A DNA stretch of 64,000 bases from an uncultured Candidatus Saccharibacteria bacterium (GTDB taxonomy: Bacteria > Patescibacteriota > Saccharimonadia > Saccharimonadales > Saccharimonadaceae). The notes under the pieces are model-generated. The model had not been told where the DNA came from and did no database searches. It saw nothing but the letters and a program-made list of their open reading frames with translations. This document shows, piece by piece, positions 46,797 to 57,978 of this stretch (its first letter is position 1; each line of letters begins with the position of its first letter). The DNA lies in the NCBI GenBank assembly GCA_947253285.1, contig CAMXXV010000001.1, forward strand, positions 50,581-114,580, given 5' to 3'. The position numbers and the translations under genes are program-made.

Positions 46797-48908
46797 ATGT
46801 TCAAAAAAATTCGGTCGTGTATGGTAATCGCGGCAGGTGTGATATTAATGGCTATGCCACAAGTAGCATTAGCTGAGGATGTGTTGGTAGATAACGACGA
46901 AGCTACTAATGCACCCGATACTGTTGATGGAGAAGACCGAGAGGCGGTAGATTCAAATACAACAGCCACTGACTCTGATGCACCTAGCGATTTTGCCGAT
47001 CGGGCTGATTTAGGTGCTGGCGCTAATAGTTCTAGCGTGGATAAGAAAGTAGAGAATAATTTGAGCGATAAGGCTGATGACAAGCCATATGGTTTGAGCG
47101 TTACTTCTGGTTCAACGTCGGGAGGGGATGTTATTACTTTACATAGTCCATACCTGTCGGGTGAAGTTCGTAAGTCGATTGGTAATATAAAAGATTATGC
47201 GAGGGGCGATAACCATGAGTTGGCATTGTTGGATGATGGTTCGGTAGTGGCTTGGGGCGATAATACTCAAGGTCAACTTGGTTACCAGGCCGATAATAAC
47301 CATATAAATGCGCAACAGGCGGTGACTATTAAATTGCCAAAGGCTGCAACTGTTATTGCAGCAAAGCATAACGCATCGGTGGCATTGTTGAAGGATGGCA
47401 CAGTTTATTTCTGGGGTGATGGAAAATTTGAGCCGCAACAATTGTCGCTAGCTGACGGTAGAGTAATGAGCATTAGTCTTGTTGGGGAGAAAAATGCTAC
47501 TAGCGTGATTATGCGGACTTGCCGTAGCGATAATTGTGGTACTGATGCTGATGGCGTGGCTATATGGTCGTCTTTGAACCAGCAGATTATGACATACGAT
47601 TTCGGTGCTAAGGTACGCGAAATTGCAGTTAACCCGACGTCGCACGATATAGCGGCGATTACCTCTGATATGCTATACGCCTGGTCGCTTGGGCTTAGTC
47701 CGAAACCGTTGGGTGGTAAGTTTAACCTGGATCCCAAGAGTAATGGTTTATCGCATGTAGCAGCTGGCGATATTAATCGAGGGCAGGCATTTCTAGTATA
47801 TGATGGCGGTGCGTTATTTACACGTGGTGGCAGTGCTGAGTATAGTAGTGTGGCGAGTTTATTGGCCGCAAATAACATTACACAGTTATTAAACGATGGT
47901 TGGGAGGGATATTTTGCATTAAACGACGCCGGAGATGTTTTTATGTGGTATTTAAACGGCAAGCAGTGGAATCAAATTGCTACACCGGAGGGTGAGCAGA
48001 TTATTAAATTGCTAGCATTACAACCACACGGTAATAAATACACTGCGGGCGTGGTGCTTGGTCTGAGCGCTAACGGTAGACTATATGAATTGCATACTGG
48101 CAATGGAGATATACCAGACATTACGCCCGATTTAACGATTTCTACGGGTAAAAATGAACATTTGCTCAAGAAAATATTTTTTGGTGGCGTAGAATTGGCT
48201 ACGGATAAAATTGAATATTTGGATGATGATACGGTGCAATTTTCTGTGCCGACGTCATTGCATGTTGGTACGGTGGCGGTATCTATAGAAGATATCAATG
48301 GGCGTAAAATCGCCGTAGGTCAATATACTTACGATAAGCCTCAGGTACCGAATAACCCAAATATTTTTGGTAGTGAGGAACATCATCCATCTTTGAATAG
48401 TGAGGGTAAATTGGAATTTAAACCGGTAAAACCAGTGAATCCTATAATTAAGCCATTTGTGCCACACGGAACTTTATTTAAGCGCAAACCTGAAACAAAT
48501 AGTAGTAATACGACTGAGGTAAATAACAAAAATAAAGAGAATGTGGAAAATATTTCCAGTACTACCGATACGACTAGTGCGGCTAGTATTAACAACGGGA
48601 CAAGACGGCGGTCGCAACCGACTATTTTAAATAAAAGTAGCGCAAAAAATAACTTAAGAGATATTGCGCTGCGTAATGAATTAACGCAGACCAAGAATGA
48701 GCTGCGTCAGCGTGACGCCTTAAATAAACAGTTTGAATCTGCTATTAAAAAGGCTTGGGATAAGCTAAATCTATTACAGAAGAGAAACCAAGCCTTGAGC
48801 GAACGGTCGCCACGCTCTGCATTACCGCATTATATAGATGATGCTGGTGTGCGAGCGAAATATTTACGCGGTAAGTATGGTGCGCCGAATACTGGCGCGG
48901 AGCTATGA
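46797..48908 (+). CDS. Secreted/surface protein with RCC1-like repeats and a split IPT/TIG-like domain
   Basis: Signal peptide; HELALLDDGSVVAWGDNTQGQLG; SGSTSGGDVITL; C-terminal APNTG. Confidence 0.7.
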   Translation: MFKKIRSCMVIAAGVILMAMPQVALAEDVLVDNDEATNAPDTVDGEDREAVDSNTTATDSDAPSDFADRADLGAGANSSSVDKKVENNLSDKADDKPYGLSVTSGSTSGGDVITLHSPYLSGEVRKSIGNIKDYARGDNHELALLDDGSVVAWGDNTQGQLGYQADNNHINAQQAVTIKLPKAATVIAAKHNASVALLKDGTVYFWGDGKFEPQQLSLADGRVMSISLVGEKNATSVIMRTCRSDNCGTDADGVAIWSSLNQQIMTYDFGAKVREIAVNPTSHDIAAITSDMLYAWSLGLSPKPLGGKFNLDPKSNGLSHVAAGDINRGQAFLVYDGGALFTRGGSAEYSSVASLLAANNITQLLNDGWEGYFALNDAGDVFMWYLNGKQWNQIATPEGEQIIKLLALQPHGNKYTAGVVLGLSANGRLYELHTGNGDIPDITPDLTISTGKNEHLLKKIFFGGVELATDKIEYLDDDTVQFSVPTSLHVGTVAVSIEDINGRKIAVGQYTYDKPQVPNNPNIFGSEEHHPSLNSEGKLEFKPVKPVNPIIKPFVPHGTLFKRKPETNSSNTTEVNNKNKENVENISSTTDTTSAASINNGTRRRSQPTILNKSSAKNNLRDIALRNELTQTKNELRQRDALNKQFESAIKKAWDKLNLLQKRNQALSERSPRSALPHYIDDAGVRAKYLRGKYGAPNTGAEL

Positions 48909-48935
48909 TATTGAATTATTTCTATTTTTTGCTAA

Positions 48936-49976
<1,041 letters not shown>

Positions 49977-49994
49977 CTAGCTAGATATATAACT

Positions 49995-50024
49995 AAATTA
50001 GCCCTTTATTAAGGGCTAATTTTT
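49995..50024 (+). terminator. Terminator after gap
   Basis: AAATTAGCCCTT-tatt-AAGGGCTAATTTTT. Confidence 0.65.
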
Positions 50025-50061
50025 GTTAAGTGTTATAATAGTATTGTAAATAGGAGGGTAA

Positions 50062-50514
50062 ATGATTTACTTGGGTGCCGACCATCAGGGGTTTTATCTA
50101 AAAAATAAAATAGCAGATTATTTAACAAAGCAAGGTTATCAAATAGCGGATTGCTCAAAACAAGAGTTTGATCCAGATGATGATTTTCCGGAGTTTGCAC
50201 ATCGTGCGGCGGTTAAATTAGTTGATGAGGTTGATGATATCGATCAGGCTATTTTGATTTGTGGTGGCGGCCAGGGAATGGCAATGGCAGCTAATCGCAC
50301 CAAGGGGGTACGGGCAATTGTTGCTACCTCAGTATCTGACGCGCGTTATGGCCGTAATGATAATGATGCTAATTGTCTCTGTTTGCCGGCGCGTGTATTA
50401 GACAAAGATTATAACGAACCGCTCTGGAAGGATATTATCGATACCTTCCTAAAGACGCCGTTTGCCGGCGCTGAGCGCTATATTCGTCGTAATAAAGAGC
50501 TAGACGAGCTATGA
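50062..50514 (+). CDS. rpiB: Ribose-5-phosphate isomerase B
   Basis: GADHQG, CGGGQG, ANR..GVRA, NDAN. Confidence 0.93.
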   Translation: MIYLGADHQGFYLKNKIADYLTKQGYQIADCSKQEFDPDDDFPEFAHRAAVKLVDEVDDIDQAILICGGGQGMAMAANRTKGVRAIVATSVSDARYGRNDNDANCLCLPARVLDKDYNEPLWKDIIDTFLKTPFAGAERYIRRNKELDEL

Positions 50515-51167
50515 CCTATATTGTGCCTACCATTACTACTGATGACCCTGCGGTGTATCAGCGGCGTATGCAGGAATTTGTGCAGTTTGCGCCGGCAATC
50601 CACATTGACATTACAGACGGTCAGTTTGCGCCAAGTGAGACGGTTAATTTAAACCAGATTTATTGGCGGCAGTTTGAGCCATTTGATGCTAAAATTGTAT
50701 TGCATTTGATGATGCACGATCCAGCTACTTGGGTGGATCAGATTGTCTCCTTGCATCCTGATTTGGTAATTGTTCACGCTGAGGCTAGCGCAGCAGTAAA
50801 ATTACCTAGTTTGGCACAACATTTAGCTAAGTTTGGTATTGAATTTGGTGTAGCATTATTGCCTGAAACGCAGCCGGAGTCGGCGGTGGAATTGATTAAA
50901 TTGGCGCAGCATGTGTTGATTTTTGGTGGTCATCTGGGCTATCAAGGTGGCACGGCTGATTTAGCGCAGCTTAAAAAGGTTGCCGCGGTTCGACAAATTA
51001 ACCCGCAAGTTCAACTTGAGTGGGATGGTGGCGCAAACCAAGATAACGTGGTTGAATTGCAGCAAGCGGGAATCTCGTGGATTAATGTTGGCGGGGCGAT
51101 TAGTCATGCGCCAAATGCTCGCGTTGCTTACCAAAAGCTGACAGCGCTGGTTGATGAAACGTGTTAA
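50511..51167 (+). CDS. rpe: Ribulose-phosphate 3-epimerase
   Basis: HIDITDGQF, HLM, HAE, DGG. Confidence 0.9.
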   Translation: MTYIVPTITTDDPAVYQRRMQEFVQFAPAIHIDITDGQFAPSETVNLNQIYWRQFEPFDAKIVLHLMMHDPATWVDQIVSLHPDLVIVHAEASAAVKLPSLAQHLAKFGIEFGVALLPETQPESAVELIKLAQHVLIFGGHLGYQGGTADLAQLKKVAAVRQINPQVQLEWDGGANQDNVVELQQAGISWINVGGAISHAPNARVAYQKLTALVDETC

Positions 51168-51176
51168 AATATAACC

Positions 51177-52007
51177 ATGAACATCACTGAGCCGGAAGCT
51201 GGTATATTGCGTGAACACGCCCGCAATATGCGGCGTAATATTATTAAAATGTTAACTGCGGCAGGGTCGGGGCACACTGCTGGGTCGCTTGATTTGGCGG
51301 ATATTTTTGCTAGCTTGTATTTTAAGCTGATGCATTATAATTTTAGTGATCCGCACGATACTACGCGGGATTTATTAGTGCTGTCGGCTGGCCATACTTG
51401 TCCAGTGTTGTATGCTGCTCTAGCAGAGGGTGGTGTTATCAAGCCGGATGAGCTAATGAGTTTGCGAAAATTTGGTTCACGCTTGCAGGGACATCCGGAA
51501 CGAACTGCTTTGCCGTATCTTGAGACTACATCTGGACCATTAGGTTCAGGCGTGTCGCAGGCAGCGGGCATGGCTTATAGTATTAAATATCTTGACCAAA
51601 CTAAGCGCCGAGTCTATTGCGTGACGGGTGACGGTGAATTGGATGAAGGCAATATTTGGGAGGCTGCTATGTTTGCCGGTAAGTCTCAGCTAAATAATTT
51701 GGTGGTATTTGTTGACCGTAATACTATTCAATTATCTGGCAAGACCGAGGATATCATGCCGCTAGAGCCTCTAGCTGACAAATGGCGTAGCTTTGGCTGG
51801 CTGGTAAAAGTAATAAATGGTAATGACGTGGCTGAAATATGCAACACTGTGCTGAATTTACCGGAAGATAATAATCAGCCAGTAACAATTATTGCTAATA
51901 CAGTGCCAGCGAAGGGTGTGAGCTTTATGGAAAATGACTATCATTGGCATGGTAAGGTGCCAAATGCGGAACAGGCGCAACAGGCTTTGGAGGAATTAAA
52001 TGTATAA
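51177..52007 (+). CDS. Transketolase, N-terminal subunit
   Basis: SGH, LSAGH, LQGHP, GDGELDEG..WEA, WHG. Confidence 0.93.
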   Translation: MNITEPEAGILREHARNMRRNIIKMLTAAGSGHTAGSLDLADIFASLYFKLMHYNFSDPHDTTRDLLVLSAGHTCPVLYAALAEGGVIKPDELMSLRKFGSRLQGHPERTALPYLETTSGPLGSGVSQAAGMAYSIKYLDQTKRRVYCVTGDGELDEGNIWEAAMFAGKSQLNNLVVFVDRNTIQLSGKTEDIMPLEPLADKWRSFGWLVKVINGNDVAEICNTVLNLPEDNNQPVTIIANTVPAKGVSFMENDYHWHGKVPNAEQAQQALEELNV

Positions 52008-52980
52008 GTTGGACGAACAATTAATTAAGGGTAACCCAGTGAATCAGTCGGTGCGCAAGGCACTTGGTCATGCTCTTGCAGAATTAGGTACGCAACATCA
52101 AGACGTTGTGGCGGTGACTGCTGACCTAGCGAGTTCGGTAGGTTTAGCGGAGTTTAAAGAGCGCCACGGTGCTCGGTTTATTGAAACTGGAATTGCTGAG
52201 CAGAATTTGGTGACACTAGCGAGCGGTTTAGCGCACGAGGGTAAGACCGTTTATCTTGCGGCGTATGCAGCTTTTAGCCCAGGGCGTAACTGGGAACAAA
52301 TTCGGACGACGATTTGTCTCAATGACCAGCCAGTGAAAGTGATTGGTAGTCATACGGGTTTGAATGTAGGCCCTGATGGTGCGACACATCAAATGCTTGA
52401 GGATATCGCGTTGATGCGCGTGCTGCCGAATATGACTGTATTGGCGCCGGGTGATGCTAATGAAGCGGCGCAAATGGCGCAGGCGGTTTATGATTACCCA
52501 CATCCGGTGTATATACGCGTGCCGCGTTCTGACCAAGTGGTATTTTCGACGCCTGATGACCACTTTAAGATAGGTAAGGCTTATGTAGTGCGGCAGGACG
52601 ACGAGGCAGCCATTACTCTGCTCTCGACTGGCACCATGACTGGCACGGCGCTACTTGTGGCGCAGGCGCTAGCGGAGCGGGGAATTGGCGCTTCGGTAGT
52701 GCATGTGCCGACGATTAAGCCACTCGACCGTGAGACTATTTTGCGCGAGGTGGGCAAAAATTCCGTTGCAGTTACTCTTGAGGAGCATCAAGTGGCTGGC
52801 GGATTTGGCTCAGCAATTGCGGAACTGTTGTTGGAATCTGGCGTAGTGCCACGAGTTTTTAAGCGAATTGGCGTAAATGACCAGTTTGGTCAATCTGGCA
52901 CAGCCGATGAATTACTGGCGCATTATGGTTTAGATGTAGCTGGTGTGCTACGTCAAATTACGCAATTAATTGGCGAGTAG
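52000..52980 (+). CDS. Transketolase, C-terminal subunit
   Basis: GIAEQN, DGATHQ, TIKPLD, EEH. Confidence 0.93.
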   Translation: MYKLDEQLIKGNPVNQSVRKALGHALAELGTQHQDVVAVTADLASSVGLAEFKERHGARFIETGIAEQNLVTLASGLAHEGKTVYLAAYAAFSPGRNWEQIRTTICLNDQPVKVIGSHTGLNVGPDGATHQMLEDIALMRVLPNMTVLAPGDANEAAQMAQAVYDYPHPVYIRVPRSDQVVFSTPDDHFKIGKAYVVRQDDEAAITLLSTGTMTGTALLVAQALAERGIGASVVHVPTIKPLDRETILREVGKNSVAVTLEEHQVAGGFGSAIAELLLESGVVPRVFKRIGVNDQFGQSGTADELLAHYGLDVAGVLRQITQLIGE

Positions 52981-53028
52981 TGTTATAATGGTATACATAA
53001 GCATAATTAATTAATAACATTTTAGAGG

Positions 53029-53940
53029 GTGGCAATGAATATCAGAGAAATTAGAAATCATACAACAGCAGCACGCGATTTAATGCAGCGCGCACGGAGC
53101 GAACATTTTGCAGTAGGAGCATTTAATGTTGATGACCAAGCGACTTTAATTGCTATTTGTCAGACAGCGCAGAAGTACCAGTCGCCAGTCTTGGTGGAGG
53201 CTAGTCACGGCGAAGTTACTGCGATTGGTTGCCAAAATTTGCGCGATATGGTGAATAATTATCGTCGTGAATATGGTATTGAAATGTACCTTAATCTTGA
53301 CCACGCACCAACCATTGAATCTTGCAAAGAGGCGATTGATTGTGGTTTTGAGTTTATTCATATTGATGTGTCGCAAGCAAACCACGATGCTACGGATGAA
53401 GAGATTATTGCCGCTACACGCAAAGTAGTAGAATATGCAAAATTTACCGGTGCATTAGTTGAGTCGGAGCCACATTATTTTGGCGGGTCATCTAATTATC
53501 ATAACGAGGCGATTGATTACGAGGTCGTAAAGCAGACGTTTTCGACGCCAGAAGGCGCTAAAGCCTTTGTTGACGCGACAGGTATCGACACTTTTGCTGC
53601 TGCTATTGGTAATTTGCATGGTAAATATCCAGTGCCGAAGATTCTCGATATCGAATTGCTTTCACGAATTCGCGCAGCGATTGACTGTAATATTTCATTA
53701 CACGGTGGTTCGGGTACGCCACTTCACTTCTTCCGTGAGGCAGCCGTAGTGGGTGCTAGCAAGGTTAATATCAATAGTGATATGCGTTATGCTTATCGCA
53801 AGACCCTTGAACAAGTATTAAAGGACAATCCTGACCAATACGCGATTGTAAAGCTGATGCCAGCAGTGCGCGAAGCAGTGGCGGCAGTGGTTGAGAGTAA
53901 GATGCAAGTCTTTGGCTCGGCCGGAAAGGCACGCCCTTAG
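53029..53940 (+). CDS. fba: Class II fructose-bisphosphate aldolase
   Basis: VGAFN, LDH, IGNLHG, LHGGSG, KVNI. Confidence 0.93.
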   Translation: MAMNIREIRNHTTAARDLMQRARSEHFAVGAFNVDDQATLIAICQTAQKYQSPVLVEASHGEVTAIGCQNLRDMVNNYRREYGIEMYLNLDHAPTIESCKEAIDCGFEFIHIDVSQANHDATDEEIIAATRKVVEYAKFTGALVESEPHYFGGSSNYHNEAIDYEVVKQTFSTPEGAKAFVDATGIDTFAAAIGNLHGKYPVPKILDIELLSRIRAAIDCNISLHGGSGTPLHFFREAAVVGASKVNINSDMRYAYRKTLEQVLKDNPDQYAIVKLMPAVREAVAAVVESKMQVFGSAGKARP

Positions 53941-54923
53941 TGAATAGTGCTCCGCTGAGCTTCTTGTGCGTTGGCTCTGCAACGCAGGATGTTTATTTAA
54001 GTAATGTCGACCACTTAAACCCAGTGTGCGTTAACCCAGAGGAGTGCTTTTATAATGTTCGACTGGGTGACAAGATTTACGTGAATCACGTTGATTATCA
54101 GACTGGCGGTGGCGCTTCGAATGCCGCCACGACATTCGCGCGTGGTGGTCAGTTAGTAACATTCATGGGTAAAATTGGCCATGACCCGGCTGGCGCGGCA
54201 GTGTTGCAGTCGTTTGCTACTGAAGGCATTGATTATGCAGCAATGGCATATTCAGACGACCATAATACTGATTACTCTACGCTATTATTGGCACCGAATG
54301 GCGAGCGAACCATCTTGACCTATCGGGGCTGTGGTATGTATTTTACGCCAGAAGACTTTGATTTTACAAAGCTGAATCGGCAAATTGATTGGATTTATCT
54401 TACCTCTCTGGTAGGCAATTTTACGATTTATGATAAGGTGATGCAGTACGCTAGAGCTAATCAGTGTAAGATTGCTTTTAATCCAGGTGGGCGTGAGTTG
54501 GAACATCCAGACCAGCTAAAGGCACTACTGCCGAATGTGGAAATTTTGTCGGTAAATAAACAAGAGGCGCAGCAAATTGTATCGGGTGATACGCTAGAAG
54601 ATTTGGCGCGTGAACTACATAAGCTCTGCCCAGTGGTAATTATTACGGACGGCGCCAATGGCGCTTTGGTAGTTGACCGTGAACGTGCTTTGCGGGCTGG
54701 TTTATATAAGGGCGAGGAGATGTCGGTTGACCGTACTGGGGCGGGTGATGCTTTTTGTTCCGGTTTTACCTTGCGCTATGCTTTGGGTGATAAGCTAGAA
54801 GACGTGATTTTATTTGCGGCGGCTAACTCGTCGAGTGTAATTCAACATGTTGGTGCTAAGCCAGGAATTTTACGTGGCCGGCCCGAGCTCGAACCACTAG
54901 TGACTAAGCCTGTTACTCTGTAA
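53940..54923 (+). CDS. PfkB family carbohydrate kinase
   Basis: GGGASNAA, N..EA, DRTGAGDAF. Confidence 0.92.
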   Translation: MNSAPLSFLCVGSATQDVYLSNVDHLNPVCVNPEECFYNVRLGDKIYVNHVDYQTGGGASNAATTFARGGQLVTFMGKIGHDPAGAAVLQSFATEGIDYAAMAYSDDHNTDYSTLLLAPNGERTILTYRGCGMYFTPEDFDFTKLNRQIDWIYLTSLVGNFTIYDKVMQYARANQCKIAFNPGGRELEHPDQLKALLPNVEILSVNKQEAQQIVSGDTLEDLARELHKLCPVVIITDGANGALVVDRERALRAGLYKGEEMSVDRTGAGDAFCSGFTLRYALGDKLEDVILFAAANSSSVIQHVGAKPGILRGRPELEPLVTKPVTL

Positions 54924-54973
54924 AATTTTACTAAAACATAGTATAATTAGGCAATAAGTCAAGAGATTATGCT

Positions 54974-56947
54974 ATGAAGCCTGCTGAATTTAAATTATGT
55001 GCGCCGTATCAGCCCATGGGTGACCAGCCAGGGGCGATTGCTGCGTTGATGGATGGCTTGCAGCATGGTGAACGTTGTCAAGTTTTGCTTGGTGCTACTG
55101 GTACGGGTAAGACTTTTACGATGGCCAATATCATTAATCGGATGAAGCGCCCGACGTTAGTTTTGGCACACAACAAAACATTGGCGGCGCAATTGTTTGC
55201 CGAATTTCAGCAATTCTTTCCAGATAACGCGGTACATTACTTTGTGTCGTACTTTGACTATTATCAGCCGGAGGCGTATATCGCTAGCTCTGACACTTAT
55301 ATCGAGAAGGACTCGCGTATCAATGAAGAAATCGAGCGCCTGCGCCATGCTGCCACCAGCGCATTATTGACACGGCGGGATGTGATTATTGTGGCGTCGG
55401 TAAGCTGTATTTATGGCATCGGTTCGCCAGCTGATTACATGGATATGTCAGTGCACCTTATTAAGGGTAAATCGTATCAGCAAGCCAAGTTATTGCGCCA
55501 TTTTAACGATATTCAGTATCGGCGGAATGACCTTGATTTTGCGCGCGGAACATTTCGTGTTCGTGGTGATACGGTAGATATTTATCCGTCAGGACGTGAG
55601 ACGGCTTATCGTATTGAGTTCTTTGGCGACGAAGTCGAACGATTATTAGAAATTGACCCTTTGACGGGCGAAGTGCTGGGCTATCCAGAAGAGGTGCGAA
55701 TCTTCCCGAATAGCCATTATGCTACACCGGAAGAGAAACTAAAAAAGACTATTGAGCAAATTAAATCTGAGTATGAGCAGCGCGTGAAGTACTTTGAGCA
55801 GAGCAGTAAATTACTTGAGGCGCAGCGCTTGACGCAGCGTGTTAAATACGATGTTGAGATGCTAGAGCAGACGGGTTTTGTGAAGGGGATTGAGAATTAT
55901 TCACGTTATTTGACGGGCCGGAACGAAGGCGAGCAGCCAACCACATTGCTCGATTATTTTCCAGACGATTATCTAATGCTGATTGATGAGTCGCATATGA
56001 CATTGCCGCAGGTACGTGGCATGTATCATGGTGACCGGGCGCGCAAGGAGACTCTGGTAGAGTACGGTTTTCGGTTACCGAGCGCGTTAGATAACCGTCC
56101 ACTAACATTTAGCGAGTTCGAGCAGCATATTAATCAGCTAATTTGTGTGAGTGCTACACCGGGCGATTATGAATTGGCGCATTCGCCGCAGCCAGTGGAA
56201 CAGGTGATTCGTCCGACGGGTCTGCTGGACCCAGAAATTGAGGTGCGACCAAGTGAGCATCAGGTTGATGACATTATGGCGGAGATTCGTGAGCGGATAA
56301 AGAAAAATCAGCGCGTGTTAGTGACGACACTTACGAAGCGGATGGCAGAAGATTTAACGGAGTTTTTGATAGAGGCTGGTATTAAGACGGCCTATATTCA
56401 CAGTGATATTACCACTTTAGACCGCAGTGACATCTTGAAAGATTTACGTCTCGGCAAATATGACGTACTGGTTGGTATTAATTTGTTACGTGAAGGGCTA
56501 GATTTGCCAGAAGTGTCGCTAGTTTGCATCGTTGATGCCGATAAGGAGGGGTTCTTACGTTCGACGCCGGCATTGATTCAAACGATTGGCCGCGCGGCGC
56601 GCCATGTTGAGGGGCGAGTGATTATGTACGGCGATCGCGTGACGGACTCAATGAAAGAGGCGATAGAAGAGACAAATCGTCGCCGTGCATTGCAACAACA
56701 TTACAACGAGGTGCATCATATTACGCCGCATTCAGTAGCAAAGGAAGTTGGCGAGGGGCTGCGTGCTATTATCCCTGGTAAGGAGGACGCTAAGCCAAAA
56801 TTAAACTTAAATCGCATTCCGCCAGAGGAATACAGTGTGTTGGTAGATGATTTAACGGCGCAGATGGAGCTAGCGGCAGCTAATTTGGAATTTGAGAAGG
56901 CAGCAGATTTACGCGATACTATTGCGCAAATTAAACAAAAAATGTAA
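54974..56947 (+). CDS. uvrB: Excinuclease ABC subunit B
   Basis: [34 protein letters not shown]. Confidence 0.98.
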   Translation: MKPAEFKLCAPYQPMGDQPGAIAALMDGLQHGERCQVLLGATGTGKTFTMANIINRMKRPTLVLAHNKTLAAQLFAEFQQFFPDNAVHYFVSYFDYYQPEAYIASSDTYIEKDSRINEEIERLRHAATSALLTRRDVIIVASVSCIYGIGSPADYMDMSVHLIKGKSYQQAKLLRHFNDIQYRRNDLDFARGTFRVRGDTVDIYPSGRETAYRIEFFGDEVERLLEIDPLTGEVLGYPEEVRIFPNSHYATPEEKLKKTIEQIKSEYEQRVKYFEQSSKLLEAQRLTQRVKYDVEMLEQTGFVKGIENYSRYLTGRNEGEQPTTLLDYFPDDYLMLIDESHMTLPQVRGMYHGDRARKETLVEYGFRLPSALDNRPLTFSEFEQHINQLICVSATPGDYELAHSPQPVEQVIRPTGLLDPEIEVRPSEHQVDDIMAEIRERIKKNQRVLVTTLTKRMAEDLTEFLIEAGIKTAYIHSDITTLDRSDILKDLRLGKYDVLVGINLLREGLDLPEVSLVCIVDADKEGFLRSTPALIQTIGRAARHVEGRVIMYGDRVTDSMKEAIEETNRRRALQQHYNEVHHITPHSVAKEVGEGLRAIIPGKEDAKPKLNLNRIPPEEYSVLVDDLTAQMELAAANLEFEKAADLRDTIAQIKQKM

Positions 56948-56976
56948 CATATAAACATAAACGAGGAGGAATAAAC

Positions 56977-57633
56977 GTGAAGGAAGAATTGGGTCTAGTT
57001 AAAAAGGCATCAATGCGCGCGGTGTACACTGCAATGATGATTGCTATTTTACTAGGTATGACTGCTGGTGCGATGGCACTAGTTGGGGCAATTGTTTATA
57101 TGTGTGATGTGCAATACACTACCAAGGGTATTTTGTCGTTGATTGCACCTACTTTGCCTTACGCTGGTGTGATGGCGGCAGCCTGTATTGGAGTGGTATT
57201 TTTCTGCAAGAGCCTACTAGCTAAGAATAAAAAGGATGCAGTTGACGATGATACGCGCAAGAGTGTGGCTGGGTCAGTGAGTGCAGCTGCTTGGATTGTT
57301 GTAGTGATCGCTGTAGTTACTGCTGTGTCTGGAATTTTAGAATTACTTTTGACTGCCAGTGGACAGAGCGACTTAAAATATTTTATGTTTGGTAATGTTT
57401 TCCCAGCATTGGCTGGTGCTGCTGGCGCTATCGGTGCAGCGTTTATGTTTAATAAGATGAAAGCAAAGAGCTTAACTAATACAAACGCAGCAATTGTAGT
57501 TGCAGCGTTAGCTGGTATTGCTTTACTAATGGTGATTGTAGCTATTGTAGTAAAAACTCGTGGGACGATTAGCGTTCCAAGCTATAATACTCAACAGAAT
57601 GAATATAGGACAGTTAGGTATCTACAACGCTAA
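56977..57633 (+). CDS. Membrane protein, hypothetical
   Basis: About five TM segments; GAGGAGG SD. Confidence 0.7.
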   Translation: MKEELGLVKKASMRAVYTAMMIAILLGMTAGAMALVGAIVYMCDVQYTTKGILSLIAPTLPYAGVMAAACIGVVFFCKSLLAKNKKDAVDDDTRKSVAGSVSAAAWIVVVIAVVTAVSGILELLLTASGQSDLKYFMFGNVFPALAGAAGAIGAAFMFNKMKAKSLTNTNAAIVVAALAGIALLMVIVAIVVKTRGTISVPSYNTQQNEYRTVRYLQR

Positions 57634-57641
57634 GGTTTAAT

Positions 57642-57669
57642 AAAATCCCCCGCAAAAGCGGGGATTTTT
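57642..57669 (+). terminator. Terminator before gatC
   Basis: AAAATCCCC-c-GC-aaaa-GC-GGGGATTTTT. Confidence 0.6.
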
Positions 57670-57685
57670 GCTATAATAGTAGGTA

Positions 57686-57970
57686 ATGAGTGTAAGTAAA
57701 GATGATGTGCGCCATCTCGCGACGCTGAGTCAGATCGATGTATCGGACGAACAGGCTGAGGCTCTCACAACCCAGCTTGATAATATTGTGAAATATATTA
57801 ACATGCTCGATGAGCTTGATACTGATGGTGTTGAGCCAACGTTTCAAGTTACGGGGCTGCAAAATGTGATGCGTGACGATGTAATAGAAGAACAGTTGCC
57901 ACGCGAGACTTTGCTAGCATTGGCTCCCGACCAAGAGGCAGGGCAAGTTAAAGTGCCAAAGGTGTTATAG
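57686..57970 (+). CDS. gatC: Asp/Glu-tRNA amidotransferase subunit C
   Basis: V.HLA.LS, LDTDGVEPT, MRDD, VPKVL. Confidence 0.93.
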   Translation: MSVSKDDVRHLATLSQIDVSDEQAEALTTQLDNIVKYINMLDELDTDGVEPTFQVTGLQNVMRDDVIEEQLPRETLLALAPDQEAGQVKVPKVL

Positions 57971-57978
57971 GAGGTAAT

